Positions 49,929 through 60,183 of a DNA stretch of 64,000 bases are shown in pieces. Within the stretch, counting starts at the first letter, position 1. Every line of letters begins with the position of its first letter. The stretch lies in the NCBI GenBank assembly GCA_039028615.1, contig JBCCHT010000010.1, forward strand, positions 128,001-192,000, read 5' to 3'. The stretch is from Myxococcota bacterium (GTDB lineage Bacteria > Myxococcota_A > Polyangia > Nannocystales > Nannocystaceae). Position numbers and translations under genes: made by a program. Below the pieces are notes generated by a model. It had not been told where the DNA came from, ran no database searches, and saw nothing but the letters and a program-made list of their open reading frames with translations.

Positions 49929-50582
49929 CTACTTCCGTCGCGCCTCTTGCTGCATGCGCTTTTTGGTCGCCGCCCAGCCACAGATCGGGCATTGACTCAG
50001 GTCGTGACCTCGCGCGGGGCAGTACTCGCGACCGAAGTAGATGATCTGGAGGTGGCGGCGGTTCCAGGTGTCGGGCGGGAACAAGCGCTTGAGATCGGCC
50101 TCGGTGCGCGCAACGGTCGATCCGTCCGACAACCGCCAGCGGTCGGCGAGGCGGTGGATGTGCGTGTCCACGGGAAACGAGGGGACCCCGAAGGCCTGGG
50201 ACATCACCACCGAGGCGGTCTTGTGCCCGACTCCGGGCAAGGCCTCGAGGGCCTCGAGGTCGGCCGGCACCACCCCGCCGTGTCGCTCCATCAGCAGGGT
50301 CGCGGTGGCCTTGATGTTCTTGGCCTTGGTGGGGGCGAGGCCGATCTGGCGGATGTGATTGCGGATGGTCTCCACCGACAGAGCGGCCATCGCGGCTGGG
50401 TCGGGGCCGTCCGCAAACAGCTGCGGGGTGACCTCGTTCACCTTCTTGTCGGTGGTCTGGGCGCTCAGCAGGACGGCGATGAGCAGGGTGAAGGGGTCCT
50501 CGTGATCGAGCGGAATGGGTGGCCGCGGATACAGCTCTTCCAGAATTTGCCCGATCTTCTCCGCTCGGTCGGCACGCCGCAT
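49929..50582 (-). CDS. nth: Endonuclease III
   Basis: LLSAQTTD, LPGVGHKTA HhH, VDTH, C-x6-C-x2-C-type FeS motif (CPARGHDLSQCPIC). Confidence 0.95.
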   Translation of the reverse strand: MRRADRAEKIGQILEELYPRPPIPLDHEDPFTLLIAVLLSAQTTDKKVNEVTPQLFADGPDPAAMAALSVETIRNHIRQIGLAPTKAKNIKATATLLMERHGGVVPADLEALEALPGVGHKTASVVMSQAFGVPSFPVDTHIHRLADRWRLSDGSTVARTEADLKRLFPPDTWNRRHLQIIYFGREYCPARGHDLSQCPICGWAATKKRMQQEARRK

Positions 50583-50789
50583 TGGGGCTCACCTGCCACA
50601 AAACGGCCCTGACGTCACCTCCCGTCGCCTCCGGGGGGCGGAAAAACGTGCTCGATGGCGCGCGAGGCGGGGTCATGGGATCCCCTCGGGGGCCGGGTTC
50701 GGTATGCTCCAGGGGCGCGTGCCCGCCCTACGACCCCCGAATGCCCCCGCGCTGGGTGCGGCCAGGGCCCCGACCCCCCCGGAGACGCC

Positions 50790-53700
50790 GTGATTTGCTC
50801 GAACTGCCAGGTCGAGAATCCCGACAGGGCGAGATTCTGCTTCAACTGCGGGCATCGGCTGGCGCCACCCGATGCGCCTCCGCCGTCCGAGGAGCGCCCG
50901 TGTCGATCGTGTGGCGCGCTGTTGCCCTTGGAGGCGCGCTTTTGCGGAGAGTGCGGCACGCCCGATCCGCTCGCGGACATTCCCGTGCCCGTGCCCGCGG
51001 CCGCGCCCGCACCTCAACCGGCTGCACCCTCGCCCGCCGTCGCACCTGCGCCCGAACCCGAGCCGAGTGCACCCGCGCCCAGCGAGGCTCCGCCTCCCGC
51101 CGCCGCGGTCGCATACGACGACGAGGAGGAGGAAGAAGAGGTCACGGTGATGCGGTCGACTCTCCACGACGTGGATGAGCTGGCCGCACCCACGGCGCGA
51201 CCGAAGCCGCCGACCGAGCCGGCCAAGGCCGCGACCGCCCGTGCGTTGCAGCGCCGACTCGACGGCGGCCAGCCTTCGCCCGGCGCGTACTCGAAGCAGG
51301 GGCCGTCGCTTCGCGGACGCCGTACGCCCAACGAGGGCACGCCGTCGCGCTCCAGCAAGCCGACGCGACCGTTGGGGTCCAGCGCTCCTCTGCCGGGAGC
51401 GGGGGCTCGACCCGCGAAGGACACTCGGCCCTCGCCGGCCGCCCGAGCGACGCCGGGACCCAAGCCGAGTACCGGTGCGGGGGCGAGCTCCCGAGCGACG
51501 CCGGGAGGGGGCTCGGCTCGGCCCGCGTCGACGCCTTCGCCGTCCAAGGGGTCCGGGCGAGCGTCGCATCGCCCGGGAGGCTACTCGCGACCACGCACCA
51601 CCACCGAGCCGCAGAGCGTGGTCTATGCCACGCCGCGACCCGACGAGGCGGCGGAGCTGCTGTCGTCGCCCGACGGGTGGCCCGACATCACCGATGAGGT
51701 CGCGGAGATCCGCTTCAATGCCATCGAGGGGTTCGACGAGCAGACGCGCCAGCAGGTGTGGAAGCTCGAGGCGAAGTACCCGGGGCATCCCGAGGTGGGC
51801 GCGCTGGTGGCCGAAGTCGCGGCCGAAGACTCGGCCCGAGCCGGGGCCGCGCGAGCCAAGGCCAAGGCCGCCAGCGAAGCGGCCGCCGCAACGGCGCCCG
51901 CCCCCGAAGATCCGTCGTCGGCCGCGGTGCCGACCCCGATCGATGACTCTCCAGCATCGATGCCGTCCGTGGTGTCTAGCCCGAGCGCGCCGCCCTCGTT
52001 GCTGACGCCCGTCGACGGGCCGCCACCCCTGGGCCGCTTCCCCGTGTCGCGGGGCGACGGTGAGGCCCCGGCGGACCTCGGACCCGCGGTGACGGGCCGG
52101 ACCGCGCCGCCGCTGATGCCCGAAGAGGCGGTCACGGGTCGCACGCTGGTGCCGTCGACGGAGCCCGCGGAGTCGATCGAGCCACCGAGCGACTCCGACG
52201 ACACCCCGGTCGGCCTGGAGCTGCCGAGCCTCGTGTCGCGCTCCGCGACCGCGCCCCCGCCGGCCGAGGCCGACGATGAGCTCGAGACCTCCGATGCCCT
52301 GCTCGCCGTCGATGTCGCCGGATTCGATGCGCTCGACGACGAAGACCAACAGACGCCCGCGCCCGTGGGTGTTCCTCCGATCGAAAAGCCGATGATCGAG
52401 GACTCGCGCGTGCTCGGTGGGCCCCTGCTCGAGGATTCGCTGCCGCTCGGGCTCACCCCCATGCGCGAGCCCCCGGTGTCCTACGAGCCCCTGCCCGCGG
52501 TCGAGGAGCCGGGGATCGTCGAGTCTCTCGATCTCGATGCCGCTGGCGACCCGCCGGCCCCCGTGGCGCCTCCCGCCGAGCCGGTGCTCGACTTCGAGGA
52601 CGAAGACGAACTCGATCCCGGCGTGCCGCAATTCAGCGCCGACGAAGATGCCGTGCCGACGGGCGAACCGTTGGCGGCGGAGTCGGGCGAGGTCGAGGAG
52701 ATCGAGGACGTCGAAGAGATCGAGGAGATCGACGAGGTCGAGGAGATCGAGGAAGTCGAAGAGATCGAGGAAGTCGAAGAGGTCCGAGACGCGGACCCGA
52801 TCCCGAACCTGCCGGGCTACGAAGAGGACCTCGACGCGGCCGATCGCACGGTGATGGTGCGGGGCTATCAGCCTCCCGCTCCGTTCGCGGCCGAGCCCCC
52901 GCCGCCCTTTGGTGCTGCTGCGGCCACCCCTGCGCCTGCGCCCGCGGCCGCCGACGAGGACGACGAACTCGGCGGCATGTACCGCACGACGCTGGCTCCG
53001 TCCGGGTCCTCGCGCCCGACCCTGGCGCCCGTGGACGACGACCCCCGCAGCCCCGACGAGCTCGAGACCACCCTGGCGCCCGGTGAGTACACGGCGTCCG
53101 GGCTGTCGTCTCCGACCCTGGCCCCGGGCGATTTCGACGGCGACGACGATGACGAGGAGCCCACCGCCGCCGACTCCGGGAGCCTGGCCAGCGGTGTGCG
53201 GGAGAACTCTCGGCCCGAAGTCGGGATGACGACCCCCGATCGCGAGAGCGACTCGGCCTCGGCTTCCGGCTCGTTCCGAATCTCGGACTTGGGCCTGGAG
53301 GAGATGCCCGACCTCGAGGCGGAGACCTCCTCCGTGCGTCGCATCGACGTCGAGGCCGATGTCGACAGCCAAGAGCTGACCGTCGAAGGCACGGTGGTGG
53401 CACACAACCCGCTGCCGCCCTCACCCTACGGCGGAGGCGAGGCGCCCGTGCCCATCGTGCCGGTCCGGCTGATCATGCTGGGCTCGCGGGGCGAAGTGGT
53501 CACCGAGCGCACCATCGACTCGGGGGCATATATCGACGTGGGACGTCAGCCGGGTGAGCCCTGGTCCAACGATCGCCGCATGGAGACCCTGCACGCTCGG
53601 CTCTTCTCCGCGCCCGGGGGCGTCATCGTCGACGACTTCGGCGCCCCGACGGGGGTCTACACCCAGATCTCCGACATGGTCGCGGTGGAGGACGGCGACG

Positions 53701-54044
53701 AGTTCAAGGTGGGGCAGGCTCGCCTGAGCTTGCAGCGCGTGGTGGGGCCCGACGGCACCTGGGGACAGCTCACCCTCGTGCGGCACGACGACCCCACGCC
53801 GGAGACCTATCGGCTCGATCGCCAGGCGATCACCATCGGCCGCGAAGAGGGCGACATCACGCTGCCCAGCGACACCTTCGTCTCCGGGGACCACTGCCGC
53901 TTCATGCGAGAGGGCAACGCGGTCTATCTCGAGGATCGCGGCAGCAGCAACGGCACCTACATTCGCGTGCGCGCCGGCCAGTGCGTGGCCTTCGGGGGCC
54001 TGCTTTTGGTGGGGCACACCCAGTTCAAGGTGCAGCAGGCCTAA
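50790..54044 (+). CDS. Double zinc ribbon - long acidic/Pro-rich linker - tandem FHA protein
   Basis: Four CxxC pairs after a GGAG RBS and GTG; C-terminal degenerate FHA plus canonical FHA (GR, SGDH, SSNGT). Confidence 0.85.
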   Translation: MICSNCQVENPDRARFCFNCGHRLAPPDAPPPSEERPCRSCGALLPLEARFCGECGTPDPLADIPVPVPAAAPAPQPAAPSPAVAPAPEPEPSAPAPSEAPPPAAAVAYDDEEEEEEVTVMRSTLHDVDELAAPTARPKPPTEPAKAATARALQRRLDGGQPSPGAYSKQGPSLRGRRTPNEGTPSRSSKPTRPLGSSAPLPGAGARPAKDTRPSPAARATPGPKPSTGAGASSRATPGGGSARPASTPSPSKGSGRASHRPGGYSRPRTTTEPQSVVYATPRPDEAAELLSSPDGWPDITDEVAEIRFNAIEGFDEQTRQQVWKLEAKYPGHPEVGALVAEVAAEDSARAGAARAKAKAASEAAAATAPAPEDPSSAAVPTPIDDSPASMPSVVSSPSAPPSLLTPVDGPPPLGRFPVSRGDGEAPADLGPAVTGRTAPPLMPEEAVTGRTLVPSTEPAESIEPPSDSDDTPVGLELPSLVSRSATAPPPAEADDELETSDALLAVDVAGFDALDDEDQQTPAPVGVPPIEKPMIEDSRVLGGPLLEDSLPLGLTPMREPPVSYEPLPAVEEPGIVESLDLDAAGDPPAPVAPPAEPVLDFEDEDELDPGVPQFSADEDAVPTGEPLAAESGEVEEIEDVEEIEEIDEVEEIEEVEEIEEVEEVRDADPIPNLPGYEEDLDAADRTVMVRGYQPPAPFAAEPPPPFGAAAATPAPAPAAADEDDELGGMYRTTLAPSGSSRPTLAPVDDDPRSPDELETTLAPGEYTASGLSSPTLAPGDFDGDDDDEEPTAADSGSLASGVRENSRPEVGMTTPDRESDSASASGSFRISDLGLEEMPDLEAETSSVRRIDVEADVDSQELTVEGTVVAHNPLPPSPYGGGEAPVPIVPVRLIMLGSRGEVVTERTIDSGAYIDVGRQPGEPWSNDRRMETLHARLFSAPGGVIVDDFGAPTGVYTQISDMVAVEDGDEFKVGQARLSLQRVVGPDGTWGQLTLVRHDDPTPETYRLDRQAITIGREEGDITLPSDTFVSGDHCRFMREGNAVYLEDRGSSNGTYIRVRAGQCVAFGGLLLVGHTQFKVQQA
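52689..52784 (+). repeat. 9-nt period in-frame repeat encoding (EE[IV])n
   Basis: EVEEIEDVEEIEEIDEVEEIEEVEEIEEVEEV. Confidence 0.85.
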
Positions 54045-54400
54045 GAGCGCTCGGATGGCGACCGATGATCGGTCGCCGCGGGATGGGGCCCGGGAATGCG
54101 GCCGTCGCCGAAGGTGGTGGGCTCGCTCAGGTCGCGCTCGGTGGTCATCACCGCGGGTCGGTCGGGCTGGAAGATGGCGTTGAGCTCGAGCAGGGCGTTG
54201 CCCACCGCGGCCCCCAGGGCGAAGCTGGTGAGCGTGCTGCCCGTGCGCTTGCGGATGCGTCGACGCCGGATGGCGTACAGCACCGAGAACACCAGCAACA
54301 GCAGCACCAGCGGCGCGAGAGCCAGGGTCCCGTCGCCCTCGGGCGGCAGCGGCTCGCGGAGCACGGTCATCCCCGGCTCTATCGACATCCACCCGAGCAT
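54041..54400 (-). CDS. Small hypothetical membrane protein
   Basis: Strong TM helix followed by RRRRIRKR; fills the gap between neighbours. Confidence 0.55.
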   Translation of the reverse strand: MLGWMSIEPGMTVLREPLPPEGDGTLALAPLVLLLLVFSVLYAIRRRRIRKRTGSTLTSFALGAAVGNALLELNAIFQPDRPAVMTTERDLSEPTTFGDGRIPGPHPAATDHRSPSERS

Positions 54401-54442
54401 GGGCGCTATCGTAGCCCGGTGATCCCGGCGATCTGACCGACG

Positions 54443-56911
54443 ATGAGCACTTCATCTTCACTTCCCATCGAACACGTGCGGGGCGACGTCGAGCGTGCGT
54501 TGGGCCGGGCGGAGCCCATCGTGGTGGCGGCACCCACCGGCTCGGGCAAGTCGACCCAGCTGCCGGGTTGGTTGGCGGAGGCTGGCCCGGTGTTGGTTGT
54601 GGAGCCGCGGCGAGTGGCGTGTCGGGCGTTGGCTTCGTGGGTCGCGAAGCTGCACGGCGAGACCCTCGGGGAAGACGTCGGCTATCGGGTGCGCTTCGAT
54701 GATCGCACGACGGCGGAGACCCGCATCGTGTTCGCCACGCCGGGCATCGCGTTGAACCTGCTGGCCAGCGGTGAGGCCGAGCGCTTCGCCACGATCATGG
54801 TCGACGAGTTCCATGAGCGCTCGTGGGAGATCGATCTGCTGGTGATGTTGGTGCGGCGCGCCCGAGCGGCGGGCGGAGGACCTCGCCTGTTGCTGTGCTC
54901 GGCGACGCTCGATACCGACGCGTTGGTCGAGGCCCTGGCCGCGCAGCGCATCGAGGCCGAAGGTCGACGTTTTCCCGTGACGGTAGCCTACCGCGGCGAA
55001 GCGACGCCGAGCCCCCGCGACCTCGAGCCGCGCGTGGCCGCGGCGGTGGAGCATGCGATCGGGAACTGGCCGGAGGGCGACGTGCTGGTGTTCTTGCCCG
55101 GCAAAGGGGAGATCGAGCGCTGCGGCCGGGCCCTGGCTCGGTTGCCCGTCACCTGCTGCCCCGTGCACGGGGGCCTGCCGCCCGCGGCCCTGATGCGGGC
55201 GTTCGCGGAGGCGCCCGGGCGCCGCGTCTTTTTGTCGACGAACGTGGCCGAGACCTCGCTGACCTTGCCCGGGGTCCGCGTGGTCATCGACAGCGGCCTC
55301 GTGCGACGGCGACAGCACCAGGCGGGACGGTCGGTGCTCGCGTTGCTGCCGATCTCGCGGGCCTCGATGGAGCAACGGGCCGGTCGGGCGGGACGGGTGG
55401 CGGAGGGGCACTGCATTCGGCTTTGGGGAGAGGGCTTTGCTGCCGACGCGGTGACCCCTCCCGAGATCGCGCGAGTCGAGCTCGACGACATGGTGCTGCG
55501 GGCGAGCCAGTGCGGCATCTCGGCGGGCGAACTCCACGAGGCGCCCTGGGTCGAGTCACCGCCTCCCTTTGCGCTCGAGGCCGCGATCGAGCGCCTCCGC
55601 GCCGCGGCGACCCTCGACGGGCAGGGCCGGCTGACGGCGGTGGGCCGAGCGCGGGCCAAGCTGCCGGTCTCGACCATGAGCGCACGAATCCTCGTCGATC
55701 CACCCTCCGCGTTGGCGGGCACGATCGCCGACCTGGTCGCGCTGATGGAGCTCTCGCGGGACCTGGTGCTGCCGGGTATGCAGTCCGAGTCGGTGCAGCT
55801 GGCCCGGCGCGAACTCTTCGGCAAGGCCGTCGACGAAGTCGAGGTGCAACGATTGGCGCTGCGCGCAGGCAAGGCTCGGGCCCATGGCCTGCACCCGGCC
55901 GCGCTCGAGGAGGCGCGCAAGCTGACGCGAGCGTTGCGGGCCGCGGTGGGAGCGAAGTCGCGGGCCGATGAAAAAGAACTCGATCGCGATGCGCTCGTCC
56001 AACACCTGCTCGAGCGCGTACCCGAGGCGGCGTTCGTCCCTCGGGCTCGCGCGAGCAAGGTCAAGGGCAAGCCCCGTCCCGGCAAAGGCAAGGGCCCGAG
56101 CGCGGTGCCGTGGGGCAACGGACGGCTCGAGGTGCTGGTGCGACCGACGTGGGTTCCCGGGCTCGAGGCCGACGAGCAGCCGAGTGCCGCCGAGGCCGGA
56201 GTACTGCTGGATCTCGAGTGGCTCGGCCATGGGCGTAGCGCTCAGGGGCGCGGCCGGATGCTGCTGCGCTGTCGGCTTCGTCAGCTGCATGCGGCCGGGC
56301 TGGGCGACACCACCTTCGGCCCGCCGATCCTCGATCGCAAAGGGCGAAGGACCGAGGTGGTGGCGGACCAAGAACGCACCTACGCCGGGGTCTGTCTTCA
56401 CCGAGAGCGCGCCCCGCTGACCGGCGCAGCGCTGTGCGAAGGCATCGCGACCTTGCTCCTCGACGGTCGCGTCATCAAGGGCCTGGGCGAGCGCGTACGC
56501 GACGACCTGCACTTGTGGGGCCTCATCGAACAAGACGGAGAGGGGGAGCCGCAGCCCGTTCCCGAGCCCCTCGAGTTCCTCCGCGAGCGCTTGCAGACCC
56601 TGGGGCTGTCATCCTTCGAGGAATTGAGCCTGCTCGAGCCCGACGACCTGTGTCCCGATGTCGAGGCGCGAGCGACCGCGCGTGGGATCTTTGGCCGAGC
56701 GCTGCAATCGTTGCGCGAAGATTTTCCGCGGATCTTCGCGTACGAGAGCACCGTCTATCACTGCCGCGTCGAGCTGCGAGCACGACGAGTCACCTTGCAC
56801 GTGCAGCGGGCCAAGGGGAAGGGAAGCGAGCCTCCCGTGCGGGTGCTGCCGCGGTTCCGTGGGTTCGCAGTCGAGTACCAAAAGGCGAGCCGTCGTCTTC
56901 GTTTGCGGTAG
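54443..56911 (+). CDS. hrpB: HrpB-like DEAH-box ATP-dependent RNA helicase
   Basis: APTGSGKST, EPRRVA, DEFHER, SAT, FLPG, STNVAETSLT, QRAGRAGR. Confidence 0.87.
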   Translation: MSTSSSLPIEHVRGDVERALGRAEPIVVAAPTGSGKSTQLPGWLAEAGPVLVVEPRRVACRALASWVAKLHGETLGEDVGYRVRFDDRTTAETRIVFATPGIALNLLASGEAERFATIMVDEFHERSWEIDLLVMLVRRARAAGGGPRLLLCSATLDTDALVEALAAQRIEAEGRRFPVTVAYRGEATPSPRDLEPRVAAAVEHAIGNWPEGDVLVFLPGKGEIERCGRALARLPVTCCPVHGGLPPAALMRAFAEAPGRRVFLSTNVAETSLTLPGVRVVIDSGLVRRRQHQAGRSVLALLPISRASMEQRAGRAGRVAEGHCIRLWGEGFAADAVTPPEIARVELDDMVLRASQCGISAGELHEAPWVESPPPFALEAAIERLRAAATLDGQGRLTAVGRARAKLPVSTMSARILVDPPSALAGTIADLVALMELSRDLVLPGMQSESVQLARRELFGKAVDEVEVQRLALRAGKARAHGLHPAALEEARKLTRALRAAVGAKSRADEKELDRDALVQHLLERVPEAAFVPRARASKVKGKPRPGKGKGPSAVPWGNGRLEVLVRPTWVPGLEADEQPSAAEAGVLLDLEWLGHGRSAQGRGRMLLRCRLRQLHAAGLGDTTFGPPILDRKGRRTEVVADQERTYAGVCLHRERAPLTGAALCEGIATLLLDGRVIKGLGERVRDDLHLWGLIEQDGEGEPQPVPEPLEFLRERLQTLGLSSFEELSLLEPDDLCPDVEARATARGIFGRALQSLREDFPRIFAYESTVYHCRVELRARRVTLHVQRAKGKGSEPPVRVLPRFRGFAVEYQKASRRLRLR

Positions 56912-56939
56912 GGTCGTGGCACCCGAGGCTCTCGCTGCC

Positions 56940-57875
56940 ATGACGTCGATCGATTACGACCGCCTCTTTGCGACCCACCGCGAGCACCTATGGGGGCTTT
57001 GCTATCGCGTGACCGGCAGCGCAGCCGATGCCGACGACTTGGTGCAGGACACCTTCCGTCGGGCGATCGAGTCGCCGCCGCCCGATCGGTCGCGACCGTG
57101 GCGGCCGTGGTTGGCGACCGTGGCCACGCGCCTGTCGATCGATGCGCTGCGACGTCGGAAGGCGAGGCGCTACGTCGGCCCGTGGTTGCCGTCGCCCCTC
57201 GAGACGCCGCCGGGTGACGAACGGGGGCAGCTCGCATCGTCCCAGGCGGACATGGAGACTCGCTACGGTCTGCGCGAGAGCGTCTCCTTCGCCTTCCTGC
57301 GGGCACTGGAGGCGTTGAACCCGGTGCAGCGGGCGACCTTGGTCCTGCGTGACGTGCTCGGTTACTCGGGCCCAGAGACGGCGCAGGTGCTCGAGGTCTC
57401 GGCCGACAACGTGCGCGTCATCTTGCACCGCGCTCGCCAGGCCCTGAGCCGCTACGACGAGGAGCGACAACCGCCTTCGTCCTCGGTCGATGCACGCCAC
57501 CAGGCTGCGCTGCAGCGCTTCATGATGGCGCTCAGCTCGGGCGACGCGGCTCGCATCGCCGAGTGCCTGGCCCAAGAGGTGCGAGTGAGCACCGACGGCG
57601 GCGGGCGCTACCGGGCCTCGACCAAGCCGGTCGTCGGCCGCGATCGAGTCGCCTCGTTCTTCGTGGGCCTGCTGCTTCATGGTGGGCCGCCCGTGGCCGC
57701 GGACTTCCGACTCATCAGCGGTCGCCCCGGCATCGTGAGCCGGCAGCCGGTCAACCATCCTCGCGATGCTCCGCGGGCGTGCATGACCTTCGACCTCGAT
57801 GCGAACGACCAGATCGTCGACATCCACGTGGTGTCGATGCCGGACAAGCTCGGGGCGCTGAGCTTCCCCGGGTAG
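56940..57875 (+). CDS. ECF41/SigJ-type sigma factor with SnoaL-like C-terminal extension
   Basis: YVGPWLPSP, DGGG, (M)PDKL signature motifs; ATG at 56940. Confidence 0.9.
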   Translation: MTSIDYDRLFATHREHLWGLCYRVTGSAADADDLVQDTFRRAIESPPPDRSRPWRPWLATVATRLSIDALRRRKARRYVGPWLPSPLETPPGDERGQLASSQADMETRYGLRESVSFAFLRALEALNPVQRATLVLRDVLGYSGPETAQVLEVSADNVRVILHRARQALSRYDEERQPPSSSVDARHQAALQRFMMALSSGDAARIAECLAQEVRVSTDGGGRYRASTKPVVGRDRVASFFVGLLLHGGPPVAADFRLISGRPGIVSRQPVNHPRDAPRACMTFDLDANDQIVDIHVVSMPDKLGALSFPG

Positions 57876-57880
57876 CCGAC

Positions 57881-58588
57881 TCACGGCTCGACTCCGAAGC
57901 GCTCGGCCGCATAGCGGGCGAAGTCGCTCTGGAACGGGTCGTCGATCGCATAGAGCACGCCGCCGAAGCTCAGGACCCCGAGTACGACCAGCAGCGCCGC
58001 GGCGCCCAGCGGGACCCAGAAGCGGTTGCCCAGGCGGCTGACCGAGGGCACGCGAACGCCTAGGGCCTTGAGGCTCATGATGACGCCGTAGGTGCCGTGA
58101 TAGAGCCCCGTGAGGCCGAGCAATATGTAGTAGGGGACGAAGAAGCCGGGCAGGTACACCAGGGCGAAGCTCACCCCGATGAAGCCCAGGTGGACGTCAT
58201 CGAGCAGGGACGGGGCCCGAGTCGCCGCCATGTGTCCGAAGATCACCAGCAGCAGGAAGTACGCGCTCATGCGATGCAATCGGGTTCGCAGGGGCAGGCG
58301 CGACCAGTTGCGGGTTCGCGGGCGCTGGCGGATGCGAGCCACGCCCGCGGCGATGTGGATGAGCAATGCGGTGAGCAGCCCGCCGATCTCGAAGAGCGGA
58401 AACTGATAGAGCGGACGGACTCGGATCTGAAACGCGTCGTAGAGGCCGGGGCCGAACGCCGACACCATCAGGTTCAGCAGGTGCAGGAACAAGAACGTGG
58501 CGAAGACCAAGCCGGAGATCGCCTGGGCGCGGATCAAGCGACGCTCGCGACGGGGCGCGGCCGGGGGGGCAGGGTGCGGATCGTGCAT
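57881..58588 (-). CDS. Multi-TM His-containing membrane protein (DUF1691/Mcp1 or cytochrome b-like)
   Basis: About 5-6 TM helices with His in FLHL, LIHI, FGHM, LYHG; GAGGTG RBS before ATG 58588. Confidence 0.75.
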   Translation of the reverse strand: MHDPHPAPPAAPRRERRLIRAQAISGLVFATFLFLHLLNLMVSAFGPGLYDAFQIRVRPLYQFPLFEIGGLLTALLIHIAAGVARIRQRPRTRNWSRLPLRTRLHRMSAYFLLLVIFGHMAATRAPSLLDDVHLGFIGVSFALVYLPGFFVPYYILLGLTGLYHGTYGVIMSLKALGVRVPSVSRLGNRFWVPLGAAALLVVLGVLSFGGVLYAIDDPFQSDFARYAAERFGVEP

Positions 58589-58677
58589 GACGACCACCTC
58601 ACGCACGAGGGGTCATCGACCGTTACACGCGGCCCCGATGTTTCTAGCCGAGGCCCGTAAATGGCCCGTAGGAGGCC

Positions 58678-60027
58678 CTAGGCGGCGGATTCGTCGGCCT
58701 CGGGCTCTTCGGCCGCGGACGCTTCGCTCTTGCTCTGCGCCAGCGCTTCTTCGGCCGCGAGGCGCTCTTTGGGGTGATGGATGACGCCCATCACCGTACC
58801 GCCGCAGCGGGGGCAGGTCTCCATCTCGGGCGTCAGCTCGCCGCCGCACTTGGGCTCGGAGCAGCGCCGGTCGGGGATGAGGCGTCCGACCCCGAGACCG
58901 AGCACCCCCAGCGCGGCCGCGGCTGCGCCGGCTTGCCACATGGGGATGTCGACCCCGAGCTCCATGCGTCCGGCGAGCATGCCCATCATGGCCACGGGCA
59001 GCGCGAGCATCTTGGCCAGGCGCAGGGCCTTGCTGCGCTCCACTCGGAAGACCGGCTTGCCGTCGTTCATCCCGGTGACGCCGCGGTCTTCGTCCTTGCG
59101 CTCCTCGGGCTCCTCGCTCTCGTCCTCTTCATCGGCGATGGGCGCGAGCAGGACGTCGAAGTCGGGCGCGGGGGGCCAGTGCTCCTGCGGGGGCAGGGCG
59201 AGCTGCTCTTCCAAGGGCGGATCGAGTCGCTCTACCACGGCCAGCGAGGCCCGCACGAACCCGGCCGGGTTGGCGGAGAGCTGCTTGATGAGCTGACGTC
59301 GCGAGCGGCCGCGGATCTCGCGGACCTCGAGCTGCGCCGCGAGCAAGAACCCGACCGACTGCGGATCGAGGAAGCCGAGCCGGGTTCGCATGCGGTTGCC
59401 CCGACGGCCCCAGCCTCCGCCGCCTCCGCTGTGACGCAGGGCCGCGTTGGCGGTGAGCATGCCGAAGCCGAGGTACACCGCGGTGACGTCGACCAGGCGC
59501 TGGCGCGGGGCGTCGTCGCCGATGGGCAGGCGATGCACCCGGCGATAGGCCTCGGCCACCGCCCGCGCCATGGCGGGCACGACGACAAGCGGGTCTCGGA
59601 GCGCGGCCGATTGCACCGCGAACTCCAGGTTGCCTTGGCGGAGCCCTTCGAACGAGACGCCGCTGGTGCCCGCGGCCACGTTTCCGCCCTCGTCGAGCAC
59701 CTTGACCACCACCGGGTAGTCCTCGACGCCCGCGTACCGCAGCAGTCGGCGAGCGAGTCGGCGCACGCTGGGCTCACCCCCGGCCCAGGGATCGGGGAAG
59801 TAGTCGTCGTTGGCCTCGAGCAGGGGCGCGCTGACGAACGGGCCCACGCCGCGTTCTTTCACCAGCAGCGCGAGCTGCTCGATGAGCCACGTCCGCGCCT
59901 CCGGAGGCGGGATCAGGACCTCTTGGTCGAGCTCGTCCTCGTCGACTTCTTCGAGGTCGGTCGGGTTGGCGTTGGGGCTGGGGTCGCTCACGACGGGCTC
60001 CAGAGTCTGCGCGTGGCCACGTAGCAT
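58678..60027 (-). CDS. Hypothetical protein: degenerate metallopeptidase-like domain, 2 TM, C-terminal zinc ribbon
   Basis: YFPDPW, VDVTAVYLGFG, two hydrophobic helices, CSEPKC...CPRC; start uncertain. Confidence 0.7.
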   Translation of the reverse strand: MLRGHAQTLEPVVSDPSPNANPTDLEEVDEDELDQEVLIPPPEARTWLIEQLALLVKERGVGPFVSAPLLEANDDYFPDPWAGGEPSVRRLARRLLRYAGVEDYPVVVKVLDEGGNVAAGTSGVSFEGLRQGNLEFAVQSAALRDPLVVVPAMARAVAEAYRRVHRLPIGDDAPRQRLVDVTAVYLGFGMLTANAALRHSGGGGGWGRRGNRMRTRLGFLDPQSVGFLLAAQLEVREIRGRSRRQLIKQLSANPAGFVRASLAVVERLDPPLEEQLALPPQEHWPPAPDFDVLLAPIADEEDESEEPEERKDEDRGVTGMNDGKPVFRVERSKALRLAKMLALPVAMMGMLAGRMELGVDIPMWQAGAAAAALGVLGLGVGRLIPDRRCSEPKCGGELTPEMETCPRCGGTVMGVIHHPKERLAAEEALAQSKSEASAAEEPEADESAA

Positions 60028-60183
60028 ACGTCGCGGCCCTCGTCCGTATTACCGCGTCCTGCCGCGTTCCTGACCGGAGCGGGCCTGCGCGGCACAATGG
60101 GGCGTGTGCTCGCTCGCACCTGGGCTCCTGCGGAGCGGTCGGGTCCGGCCCGGCGCAGGGCACGATGCGAGCAAAGACCGCGC

